A stretch of DNA of 64,000 bases from a virus (IMGVR_UViG_3300033121_002338:19342-83341), one strand, 5' to 3'. Shown: positions 45,650 through 54,275, numbered from the stretch's first letter. Program-made: numbers and translations. Notes: a model not told the origin generated them from the sequence alone.

Positions 45650-46261
45650 ATGCTTTACACCATTGGTCACTCAACCCTTTCCGAAGCCGACTTTTTGGCC
45701 CTTCTAGGGCCAATAGACGTGCTGGTGGACGTCCGCTCCCACCCCAGTTCCAAGTGGCCACAACACCGTAAGGAAAGCCTGGAGAGGTCGCTCCCGTCGG
45801 TTGGCAAGGAATACGTCTGGACCCCAGATCTGGGGGGCTGGACCGAACATTATGCCCATCACCGCGATTTTGCTGTCGCCCATGGCGTCGATTTTGACGT
45901 TTATGCCCGTGGAAAATTCCCGAAACAAAGAATCGCTAAGAATCTGGAACCCGGGGCCAGCCCAATATGGTACAATCAGGGTTTATGTGATTATTCGTGG
46001 TTTATGGCCATCCCAGAATTTCGGGCTGCTGCTGACCTGCTCTTGGTGCGGGCCGCGAACCAGAATGTTGCGATTATGTGTTGTGAGTGCTTGCCCTGGA
46101 AATGCCACCGTTCAATGATCTCTGATTATTTCTTCGCCCATGGGATTGATTCTACCCATGTTATGGGTAAAAAGCTTAAAACTCATTCGTCGATGATCGG
46201 CAATCGTCTACAACGCTACGATCCGCGTATCTCCTCTACCTGGCAGACTCTTTACCGTTGA
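45650..46261 (+). CDS. DUF488-family protein
   Basis: LYTIGHS, LVDVRSHP, DLGG, AIMCCECLPWKCHRSMI; AAGGAGG RBS. Confidence 0.85.
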   Translation: MLYTIGHSTLSEADFLALLGPIDVLVDVRSHPSSKWPQHRKESLERSLPSVGKEYVWTPDLGGWTEHYAHHRDFAVAHGVDFDVYARGKFPKQRIAKNLEPGASPIWYNQGLCDYSWFMAIPEFRAAADLLLVRAANQNVAIMCCECLPWKCHRSMISDYFFAHGIDSTHVMGKKLKTHSSMIGNRLQRYDPRISSTWQTLYR

Positions 46262-46490
46262 TAAATTGGGCGACCCGGCGGTTAATTTTGTCAAACATCT
46301 CCGGGTCGCCATAATCGATAAGCAACTCCGTTTTGTCGCCGTAGTCGATAACGATACAATCTCGCATGAAGATTATGTCTAGTTCGTCATATATTGTCAC
46401 CACACGACCGACACAGACGATTGCACTTTTGGTGTATCGTTGGGCCAACTCCGTTCTCATCGACTGTGCGATCTTGGCGAAAATCGACAT
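46236..46490 (-). CDS. Hypothetical protein, DP-motif family
   Basis: LIDYGDPEMFDKINRRV. Confidence 0.65.
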   Translation of the reverse strand: MSIFAKIAQSMRTELAQRYTKSAIVCVGRVVTIYDELDIIFMRDCIVIDYGDKTELLIDYGDPEMFDKINRRVAQFINGKESAR

Positions 46491-46492
46491 TT

Positions 46493-46804
46493 TTATCTGT
46501 CATGGATGTGAACGGCCTCGCCGACCAATTTGATGGTTTTGTACATCATTTCTGGGTCGTCGTAATTCAACCTGAAGTAGTAGTCCATATTGCGGTCGGC
46601 CCGTACGTAGTCTGCTACGGTTAGCATGTCCTCACTAACCACCACTTGTGCTAATTGCGTCTCTTCAAGAAAAATCGCAATGATATGGCGGCCACCATGG
46701 GCGAACACCTTTATTTCAACGCCGGGGCACGAGAGTAGCTTGTTGTTGATGGCCTCAATCACGATGCTGGCGATGGCATCTAACATTGTGTCACTCGTCA
46801 TCAT
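46493..46804 (-). CDS. Hypothetical protein, DP-motif family
   Basis: RLNYDDPEMMYKTIKLV. Confidence 0.65.
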   Translation of the reverse strand: MMTSDTMLDAIASIVIEAINNKLLSCPGVEIKVFAHGGRHIIAIFLEETQLAQVVVSEDMLTVADYVRADRNMDYYFRLNYDDPEMMYKTIKLVGEAVHIHDR

Positions 46805-46994
46805 CGTCCAGGCCGGCGATGTCAGCAAGCGCTGCCCGTAGGGCACCGGCGAGATATATTCTAACGGCCAGTTCGCTGGCTGGTGTCCCGTCGGCGTTCA
46901 TTACCCGATAGCCGCCCGCCTTGAGCAGTCGCCGGACCCGGCGGGCCAGCCGCCGTGGGAGTTTCCGCCATTCATTCTCGGTGAATTCGACCAT
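46791..46994 (-). CDS. Hypothetical protein (67 aa)
   Basis: ATG overlaps the TAA of the upstream Zn-finger gene (TAATG). Confidence 0.55.
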   Translation of the reverse strand: MVEFTENEWRKLPRRLARRVRRLLKAGGYRVMNADGTPASELAVRIYLAGALRAALADIAGLDDDDE

Positions 46995-47170
46995 TAGCTG
47001 TTCCTGGCGAAGCCGTTGCGGCCGACATCGCTGGCGCGGTCGCACACTTCGTTGGGGTCGTGCCGGGGCGGCTCCGGGTTCTCGGCAGCACAACGAACGC
47101 ACATCGTAGTGTGCGGTAAGACCTCCAGCCGTTCCTTAGGGATGGTTTTATTGCATTCCTGGCATTTCAT
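46994..47170 (-). CDS. DksA/TraR-type C4 zinc-finger protein (58 aa, below the ORF-track cutoff)
   Basis: MKCQECNKTIPKERLEVLPHTTMCVRCA; GGAG RBS 6 nt upstream. Confidence 0.8.
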   Translation of the reverse strand: MKCQECNKTIPKERLEVLPHTTMCVRCAAENPEPPRHDPNEVCDRASDVGRNGFARNS

Positions 47171-47196
47171 GGTTGTCTCCGCTGGTTTCTTTCTAC

Positions 47197-47205
47197 CAAA
47201 GATAT
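47197..47205 (+). promoter_or_regulatory. Candidate late-promoter box CAAAGATAT
   Basis: Upstream of the packaging operon (ATG 47242). Confidence 0.4.
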
Positions 47206-47241
47206 TGCAGAATTACTGTGTCTAGTAAACGTAGATAGGCC

Positions 47242-47760
47242 ATGATTAAGCCGAACAAACAGGCCATGGATGATGTCCTCAAGACGGTCATCGATAAAAT
47301 CGATGGCGGTACTATCACTTGTGAGGATTTCAACCACCTTATTGCCAAAACCATGATCGGTGAATCTACTCCAGAAGCAATTCGTGATAGACTCAGGCGG
47401 CGCACTAAACGTAATGAAACCGATTCCCACATCGAGCCGGAAACCGGCCATCAGCAATTGGACGCCCCTACTTTTGCCGCCAGAGTGCAGCCCAAACGGC
47501 AGCCGTTGCACAAGCAAGGGCACGGCCGCAGCAAAATCGCCCATGCCCATTCGGCGCGGACGCAGTCCAGGACCATGGCCGCTAGCTTTGAAGACAAATA
47601 CAGCCGTGCGATCAACTTCATCGTAGAGAATATGGGGAAGATCGTCGAGGAAGAGACACTGGCCGCTATCCCCTACCTGCGGGAAGTTAGCCAACGACTC
47701 ATGATCAAACCGGACGTTGACCACGACTGGCTCTACAATATCATTATCAGGCTAGCCTAA
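47242..47760 (+). CDS. Hypothetical protein
   Basis: 172 aa; first gene of the packaging block. Confidence 0.6.
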   Translation: MIKPNKQAMDDVLKTVIDKIDGGTITCEDFNHLIAKTMIGESTPEAIRDRLRRRTKRNETDSHIEPETGHQQLDAPTFAARVQPKRQPLHKQGHGRSKIAHAHSARTQSRTMAASFEDKYSRAINFIVENMGKIVEEETLAAIPYLREVSQRLMIKPDVDHDWLYNIIIRLA

Positions 47761-47761
47761 G

Positions 47762-48421
47762 ATGGATGAGAATCAAGACGACGACGAAATGCAGGGTCTA
47801 TTCGACCAATTGGACCAGGACCCGGACGATTATTTGACTAGCCAGATGGAGCAAGAATCACCAACCGTGGTTGGTGACAGTTCACCGCCGTTGGAAATGG
47901 AGCAAAACGACCGCCCGCCGGAAGCGGCACCAATCCCGGCCATTCCGCCAAGTACCCAAGAAGTTCGCAGGATCGACGGTGTGGTGGAGGAGTCGGTCCC
48001 CGAGCCGGCCGCGGTGGAGGCAGACCCGGAACCGGTCGTCAACATCAAGGAACAATTCGAACAGTTCGACGCGATCGCAGTGGAAGTCATCCAGGGCACC
48101 CGCCACGATCGGCAGGAAACCCAGGACGCCATCAACTTGTGTCGCCAGGAGATCAACAAAGCAGTCAACAACGGTGGCAACCCTTCGCGGATGTGGCTTG
48201 ACAACCTGACCAAAGCCCTGGAGATCAAGGCCACAATTAACTTGACCGCCATCAAAGCGCTTGAGGCCAAGACCAAGCTATTGGCTGCGACCAAGGCCGG
48301 CGTCCAGGTCCAAAACAATACCCTGATTCAGAACGCTAATGTTTCTACCCAAGCCGATAAGTCCTTGGTCGAACTGCTCAATAGTAATCCGTTGGATACC
48401 GACGGGGATGATGAATTTTAA
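47762..48421 (+). CDS. Terminase small subunit candidate
   Basis: Position before terL; acidic N-terminus and central helical hairpin; no motif-level recognition. Confidence 0.5.
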   Translation: MDENQDDDEMQGLFDQLDQDPDDYLTSQMEQESPTVVGDSSPPLEMEQNDRPPEAAPIPAIPPSTQEVRRIDGVVEESVPEPAAVEADPEPVVNIKEQFEQFDAIAVEVIQGTRHDRQETQDAINLCRQEINKAVNNGGNPSRMWLDNLTKALEIKATINLTAIKALEAKTKLLAATKAGVQVQNNTLIQNANVSTQADKSLVELLNSNPLDTDGDDEF

Positions 48422-48474
48422 TGGTCGTTAATACCCAACAACGCGAAGCGATCCGCCGCTGCCAGGTGGTGTGA
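48421..48474 (+). pseudogene. Orphan 5' stub of terL
   Basis: MVVNTQQREAIRRCQ-VV-stop versus TerL MKVTKEQREVIRRCQ (10/15 identical); TAATG-coupled to the upstream gene. Confidence 0.75.
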
Positions 48475-49289
48475 TTGTGAGATTATATCTCATCGCGGAA
48501 AACCACGGGTCGGATCGATGCAGTCGCTGCAAGAAGCATGAGGTCGTTGTTGGTAAGAAGCAGTGTCAGCGATGTCTACAACGGCTAGCCGATCGGCGAA
48601 TGAGTAACAAAGCTGCCGGAACGTGCCCTAATTGCGGTAAGCCGCTAGAACCAGGGTTTACCAAGTGTAGTGACTGCCGGTCGAAAGCTGCCTCGCTTAG
48701 ACAGTCCGATAGGCGGGCTGCTGTGGACGCTTATGGCGGAGCGGTCTGCGTGGGTTGTGGCGAAACTGAACCACTATTTCTAACTTTGGACCATGTCGAT
48801 AATGATGGTGGTGGTTCGAATAGATCCATTCGGGGTGCCGGCTTTTATACTAAGTTGAGGCAGTCAGGTTATCAGGACCGTCTACAAATTCTATGCTTTA
48901 GCTGTAATTTGGCTAAATCTAGGAATAATGGCAAGTTGATGACGAACCAGACTGAGTTCTGTTGTTCGTGTAGAGGAGCCGGTTCGTGCCAACATGGTTT
49001 GAGTGCTAGTGCTAGGAGTAGGCGACGGTTGTTCCTGGCGACCCTGGATGTGTATGGTGGTCGAGCTTGTGCTTGCTGTGGAGAAGAGCATCCTTTCAAG
49101 CTAACTCTCGACCACGCAGATGGCGGCGGGAACAAGCATAGATTGGAGATGGGGAAACAGAAAGATTTGGCTGCTTGGCTCAGGAATGCCGGCTATCCTC
49201 AAGACCGTAATATTAGAGTTTTGTGTGCGAACTGTAACAGCGGTCGTGCGCGTAACGGTGGCACCTGTCCGCATGGGCGGGAATCATGA
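48471..49289 (+). CDS. Free-standing His-Me/HNH endonuclease with two tandem nuclease units
   Basis: Two YGG..C..CGE....LTLDH...LC..CN units plus N-terminal Cys clusters. Confidence 0.85.
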   Translation: MIVRLYLIAENHGSDRCSRCKKHEVVVGKKQCQRCLQRLADRRMSNKAAGTCPNCGKPLEPGFTKCSDCRSKAASLRQSDRRAAVDAYGGAVCVGCGETEPLFLTLDHVDNDGGGSNRSIRGAGFYTKLRQSGYQDRLQILCFSCNLAKSRNNGKLMTNQTEFCCSCRGAGSCQHGLSASARSRRRLFLATLDVYGGRACACCGEEHPFKLTLDHADGGGNKHRLEMGKQKDLAAWLRNAGYPQDRNIRVLCANCNSGRARNGGTCPHGRES

Positions 49290-51289
49290 AAGTGACTAAA
49301 GAACAACGTGAGGTCATCCGGCGCTGCCAGTCATCGATGGCCTGGTTTCTCAGGAATTTTGGTCGCGTCAAGCATCCGTCCGCTGGTATCATCCCATTTT
49401 TCCCGTTCAAATACCAGCTTAAGGCCATCAAGTCATTCCGGAAGCATCGACTCAACGTCTTCCGCAAGTGCCGCCAGGCTGGTATATCAAAGATCTCTGG
49501 AGCGTTCGCGCTTTGGTTCGCGATGTTCCACCCGCACAAGACCATCCTGATCGTGTCCCGTACCGACGGCGACGCGATGAACTTCTTGCGTGAACAGATT
49601 GTCTTCCTCTTCGAGCACCTGCCACCCTGGATGCAGGAACTGTGGAAACCGGTCAAGAACAACGAACACGAGTTGTTCTTCCCGAACGGTTCCAAGATAA
49701 AAAGCCTCACCAGCAACCCCGACGTCCTCCGTTCCAACGCCTCCTCCCTGAACATCATCGACGAAGCGGCGTTCATCCCGGCCATGGACATCATGTGGGC
49801 CGGCGGCTGGCCGACCCTACAGCACGGCGGTAACGTCATTGTCATCTCAACCACCAACGGCATCGGTGGCTGGTATTGGAGCACCGTAACCGACGCCGAA
49901 GCCGGGCTCAACCCATTCAACCCAGTGATCATCAACTGGTGGGACATGGACTGGGCCATCGAGTACGATGACCCACTGTCAAAAGAGCATAGGCGAATCG
50001 CGCCCTGCGATGGGCTGGTCGAATGTAAAGGCCAAACACTTGTCCACCCCAATCTTGGTGAGATTAGACTAGATGTCATCAAGTATGGCCCGTACTGGTC
50101 CCCCTGGCTGGAGGGGCAATACCGGGCACTGCAGGAGGACGGCGAAGCCTGGAAATTCGACCAGGAAGTCTTAGCTAGGTTCGTCGGCTCCGGCAACACG
50201 GTGCTGTCGAAAGAGGTGCTAATGCACCTGGAGACCACAGTCACCGAGCCATCCTACAAAGTTTCCGGATTCCAGACCTACGTCCACCCAGTCACCGGCT
50301 ACACCGAAGAAATCGACTTTGATTTCCAGGACCCCAACGAAGGGCTCTGGGTTTGGGAAAAACCAGTAGTCGCTACCCCAATCAAAAAACGCGGGAACAC
50401 TGTCATCGACCCAGGCAGTCCAGCCCACTCTTATGTGATGGGGGTGGACATCGCCACCGGCAAAGGCCGCGACTATTCGGCCATCGAAGTCTTTGACGTT
50501 GACACGCGCCAGCAAGTAGCCGAATTTATGGCCCACTGCCTGCCGCGTGAATTCGTCAAGTATATCGACAGAATTGGGCGATGGTACAATTGTGCACTGG
50601 CGGTCGTCGAACGCAACAACGGCGGCGACACCCTAATCGACATGCTCCGCCACGACATCATGTACCCAAGACTGTGGCGTAAGAAAGACATCAACGACAA
50701 ACCGCGCCCACAACACGCCTCAGCCAAACCGCGTCCCCTGAAAGTTTCCCCATACGGCTTTAGTACCACCACCGCTTCAAAGCCAACACTGAACAAGTTC
50801 CTGATCGATTTCATCCGTACCAAGCCGGAGGACGGGTACAGCATCTTCTCTAAGCGGCTACTAAAGCAATTCAACACCTACGTCCGTAAGCGTGACCGGG
50901 CTGGCCGCGACACGATGAAGACTGAGGCCGAAGAGGGGGCGAGCAACTTCGACGACTTGGTAATGGCCTGCGCAATGGCCCTGGTTGGGACATCGGATGC
51001 TTTTATCGTTGATTCTTCCAACCTGAACCCAGTCGGCTCCGGAGGCGACTTTCGGGCCTCAACCGGTCCAAGGATTCTGTCGGACGCCAGACGCCTCGAT
51101 ATCCAGGAGACAATTGCCACCCGCGGTGGGCCGGCTCTCCTGATGCCGATGACGATGGCGCCGAGCGAACTCCCTGAGATCTCCGCCCAACGGCAGCTCG
51201 ACGCCTTCACCTGTACTCTCGGCGGGATTCCGGTCAGCCAGGGCAAGCCATTGGTTGTTCCCAAAAACTACTATTATAGTAAGGAATAA
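49286..51289 (+). CDS. terL: Terminase large subunit (gp17-like)
   Basis: KCRQAGIS, IIDEAAF, ISTTNG, YVMGVDIATGKGRDYS, FDDLVMA. Confidence 0.95.
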   Translation: MKVTKEQREVIRRCQSSMAWFLRNFGRVKHPSAGIIPFFPFKYQLKAIKSFRKHRLNVFRKCRQAGISKISGAFALWFAMFHPHKTILIVSRTDGDAMNFLREQIVFLFEHLPPWMQELWKPVKNNEHELFFPNGSKIKSLTSNPDVLRSNASSLNIIDEAAFIPAMDIMWAGGWPTLQHGGNVIVISTTNGIGGWYWSTVTDAEAGLNPFNPVIINWWDMDWAIEYDDPLSKEHRRIAPCDGLVECKGQTLVHPNLGEIRLDVIKYGPYWSPWLEGQYRALQEDGEAWKFDQEVLARFVGSGNTVLSKEVLMHLETTVTEPSYKVSGFQTYVHPVTGYTEEIDFDFQDPNEGLWVWEKPVVATPIKKRGNTVIDPGSPAHSYVMGVDIATGKGRDYSAIEVFDVDTRQQVAEFMAHCLPREFVKYIDRIGRWYNCALAVVERNNGGDTLIDMLRHDIMYPRLWRKKDINDKPRPQHASAKPRPLKVSPYGFSTTTASKPTLNKFLIDFIRTKPEDGYSIFSKRLLKQFNTYVRKRDRAGRDTMKTEAEEGASNFDDLVMACAMALVGTSDAFIVDSSNLNPVGSGGDFRASTGPRILSDARRLDIQETIATRGGPALLMPMTMAPSELPEISAQRQLDAFTCTLGGIPVSQGKPLVVPKNYYYSKE

Positions 51290-51291
51290 CC

Positions 51292-51831
51292 ATGAGGTTA
51301 AGCACAATTTGTGAGGATGCTTGGGGCGCACCGACAATATTTCACCCAGATCCAGTATCAGCTTTCCTCCAGTGGACTCCATATCGATTTAACGTTGATC
51401 TCTATATTCGGAGGCAGAATACCCAAGACCACTCAGACCGCGGCTTCATGAACGTCGGATTTACTAATTTCGGCCGTGGGAAAAGAGCCGCGCCACCGCC
51501 GATTGAGGTTGTGGCCCCATACATCATAAATCAATTGAAGGAATTGGCGAAGGAAGAAGCCAAAATGTATAGGCAGTTTCCGCTCACCAGCAAGCATTTC
51601 AGCTTGAAGATTGGGTTCGATTTACGCAAACACCCACAAGACGCTCAGTTAAGATCGATCGTCGAAGACCAGGCCAACACAATCATTGGCGTGCTTATTC
51701 CTAAAATGGGTCAACTTGGGAGACCGGAACGGACAAGCAACACTACCATAATTGATTATGCGCTGCCACATGACAACGAGATTGACTGGCGCCCCACTGA
51801 AACCATCCCAGATGATTACTACTCGCTCTGA
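51292..51831 (+). CDS. Hypothetical protein, N-terminal MRLSTICE
   Basis: AAGGA RBS; 179 aa. Confidence 0.6.
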   Translation: MRLSTICEDAWGAPTIFHPDPVSAFLQWTPYRFNVDLYIRRQNTQDHSDRGFMNVGFTNFGRGKRAAPPPIEVVAPYIINQLKELAKEEAKMYRQFPLTSKHFSLKIGFDLRKHPQDAQLRSIVEDQANTIIGVLIPKMGQLGRPERTSNTTIIDYALPHDNEIDWRPTETIPDDYYSL

Positions 51832-52268
51832 TTGGCTTCGATGAACAGGGCACACCAATAATTGCCAGAGCGCCCGAAACCCACTTCACTGTAATCGGCA
51901 TCCAGGATATTGTGCCGGTGCCCCGGCGATTCCATCCAACTCTGCATCGCTTCGGGCACGGACTGTTGGCCCTGGGCGATATTCTCCCCGCCGCTCCAGA
52001 ATTCTACCCCTTCGGCTCGAATGCGATCCGCGAAAGTTGAACCATGCTCTCCTTGGTGGGATAAGTCGCCGTTGTTATTCATCCAGGTCGCGTGTTTGTT
52101 CGCGGCACGACAGAGGGCATCGCTTAGGGCCAGCGGAGGGCGACCGACCCGCTCGCGATTGTGGGCGACCAGAAGGGCTTCGATTGTGTCGGCTGGTAGT
52201 GGTTCGACCGGGGTCGGGACCGACGGTCGGAACCAGGAACCGATTTTTTGCAGCAGTCTACGGATCAT
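51819..52268 (-). CDS. CAP/SCP-domain protein
   Basis: HNRER...AANKHATWM...LSH...GENIA...WMESPGHRHNIL...GFG. Confidence 0.9.
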   Translation of the reverse strand: MIRRLLQKIGSWFRPSVPTPVEPLPADTIEALLVAHNRERVGRPPLALSDALCRAANKHATWMNNNGDLSHQGEHGSTFADRIRAEGVEFWSGGENIAQGQQSVPEAMQSWMESPGHRHNILDADYSEVGFGRSGNYWCALFIEANQSE

Positions 52269-52456
52269 GGTTTCTCCACGTCGATCTTCTTGGGACGGCG
52301 TCGATGCCGCCGCTTAGCGTGACCTTGCCCTCCTGGATGTACCAAGTGGAAATAGTCGTTGATCGATGCTACCCCATAGACTCCAGTCACGTTGGTCCGG
52401 TCCATGTTGGTGGACGGGAACTTGTGCTGGATTTCGGAGATCATTCGCAGTTTCAT
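52265..52456 (-). CDS. Small hypothetical protein, N-terminal MKLRMISE
   Basis: 63 aa; overlaps both neighbours by 4 nt. Confidence 0.55.
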   Translation of the reverse strand: MKLRMISEIQHKFPSTNMDRTNVTGVYGVASINDYFHLVHPGGQGHAKRRHRRRPKKIDVEKP

Positions 52457-52785
52457 ACCCTAGATTTACGCTGCCGTATAAATTCACGAATCTGTCGGAA
52501 GCAATCCGGATCGGCGGTCACGAATTGGCGTGGCGGCGTCAGCGACGACGGATTGAATCGCTTTCCGCATGACCGATATATCTCGGTGTAGACCAAAAGG
52601 AATCGTGGTGTAGCCCGAACGTAGAATCTTATTCTGTGCCTGTCGTAGCGGTTGTGTTTGATAGCCATCTTCAGATACTGGCAATTATGACCATCGACCC
52701 TGGAGAAGATAGTCGTACTCTGCAGCTCTTCCTTCAGGATCTCTTCGACCGCATAGAGGACCTCAGACTCGCCGTCAGCAGTCAT
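52453..52785 (-). CDS. Hypothetical protein, DP-motif family
   Basis: FVTADPDCFRQIREFI; ATGA-coupled to copy 4. Confidence 0.65.
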   Translation of the reverse strand: MTADGESEVLYAVEEILKEELQSTTIFSRVDGHNCQYLKMAIKHNRYDRHRIRFYVRATPRFLLVYTEIYRSCGKRFNPSSLTPPRQFVTADPDCFRQIREFIRQRKSRV

Positions 52786-54230
52786 CGCGCCGTTTCCAGT
52801 AGACCATGTTTGGACGTGTCAAACACGAAGCATTCTTTATATCCACCCACCACTTTCTGATAGTCGAATACCGCTGCGAACTCACCTTCGGTCATCTTCA
52901 AATTTTGGGCTCGGTTGTAGAGGGTCTTCTTGTGCATGACGTAGCCGTCACTGTCCACGTACCAATAATCAGGTGGAACGGTATGGTGGTGGGTCCAATT
53001 TGACGCTTTGTAAATGGCGCCGGTGTGCCCAACTGTGCTGTCGGCGTAGGAGTATAATAATATTCCTGAAAATTGTTTCGTGCACTTGCTCAAGAACCAA
53101 CTAGCGAAGTTCTTCTTTTGGTAAGACGGATGAATGCAGAAACGAGAGCATTCTAGTGCACCGTTACCGAATTGATGTTCTATGTTCTGCCGCAGTGGTT
53201 TGGAAAAGACAGCCACGCCGACCAGGATACCGTTAAGGTAAGCCCCGTACTTGATACCGCCTCTGCCAGGCCCTAAATAATGATATAAATCGAGGAACTC
53301 TTTGGTCGCATCGATCTTCTTGACGACGACGTCAGCAAGCCGAAAGTCTACGATTGGTTGCTGCTGACCGAGTAATGCTCTCAGGCGCGACAAGACCCGG
53401 TCTTTCTGGTAGAATTCGCGTTCCCAAATATAGGCTATCTTGTAGTTTGGGAAATAACGTTTAATATAGGTAAATTTCTGTTTGTCACGGGTCGCTGCCT
53501 TGGCTAAAGAGTGCCAGTAGTCGCCGTGGCATTCGATTAGCAGACCCACTTGCGGCACGAGGCAATCGAAACAGTAGTAGCCAATCTTGGTGGCCGGTCC
53601 TTCTTTGTGGTAATCTATCCCGAGATCGTCCAGGAGAGTGTATAGCATTTTTTGAATACCAGAAATCTCCCCAGCCTGCCTGCTTCTGATCTCAGCCATT
53701 TTGTGGCGATATTCCAAGATGGCCCACCTTTTGTGGGCTTCCCTGCTGATGGCAGCTTTGGTTTCCGGGCGGTCCATGGCCGCTTGGTGTTTGGCTCGAA
53801 TGGCTTCGTTGGTGAACAGAGCTTTTGAGATTTCGCTAATCTTCCGGCGTGCTTCTGGGTCACGGTAGCGAGCCCTGAGATGGGCCGACATATCCACCTT
53901 TGTCATGGCTAGGCGAACGGCTTTACCGTGTGCGGCACGGTGCTCTGGACGCTCCCACAGGGCTTTTGATGCTGTGCTGTGTTTCTCTCTGACTTCTGTA
54001 CGTGCCCATGCTTTCTTGGTCCTCTGACTGATCTGGTCGCTACGCTCTAGATTGACGCAGGATGGACATGTCCACGGAAATCCGGCGGCGAGTCTCGATT
54101 TGACACGCACCGTGATGGTCGCGGTGCGTTGTTGGCATTGGTCGCATCGGCAGACGATCTTCGGTCTCTTCCCGAGCTTGGAATTTGGAGTGATTCCGAA
54201 TGTAGCGGTGGTTAGATTCCAGTCGATCAT
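52782..54230 (-). CDS. Zn-finger/helical-repeat/Vsr-like endonuclease/Mom-like GNAT fusion, copy 4
   Basis: CDQC..CPSC; FDC..IECHGDYWH; YHY, ECSR, YAD..GHTGAIYKASNW; GGAG RBS. Confidence 0.85.
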   Translation of the reverse strand: MIDWNLTTATFGITPNSKLGKRPKIVCRCDQCQQRTATITVRVKSRLAAGFPWTCPSCVNLERSDQISQRTKKAWARTEVREKHSTASKALWERPEHRAAHGKAVRLAMTKVDMSAHLRARYRDPEARRKISEISKALFTNEAIRAKHQAAMDRPETKAAISREAHKRWAILEYRHKMAEIRSRQAGEISGIQKMLYTLLDDLGIDYHKEGPATKIGYYCFDCLVPQVGLLIECHGDYWHSLAKAATRDKQKFTYIKRYFPNYKIAYIWEREFYQKDRVLSRLRALLGQQQPIVDFRLADVVVKKIDATKEFLDLYHYLGPGRGGIKYGAYLNGILVGVAVFSKPLRQNIEHQFGNGALECSRFCIHPSYQKKNFASWFLSKCTKQFSGILLYSYADSTVGHTGAIYKASNWTHHHTVPPDYWYVDSDGYVMHKKTLYNRAQNLKMTEGEFAAVFDYQKVVGGYKECFVFDTSKHGLLETAR

Positions 54231-54275
54231 CACGACTCCGGTAAATATAACTGTAACGACAATACAGGATTAATC

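Noticed and set aside
49440-49500. TerL inactive because Walker A reads RQAGIS rather than GKT
   Set aside because: Walker B, coupling and nuclease motifs are intact, and I recall RQxGIS variants in other large-phage terminases.
51819-52268. Host assignment from CAP, pyrF or GC content
   Set aside because: Not determinable without a similarity search.
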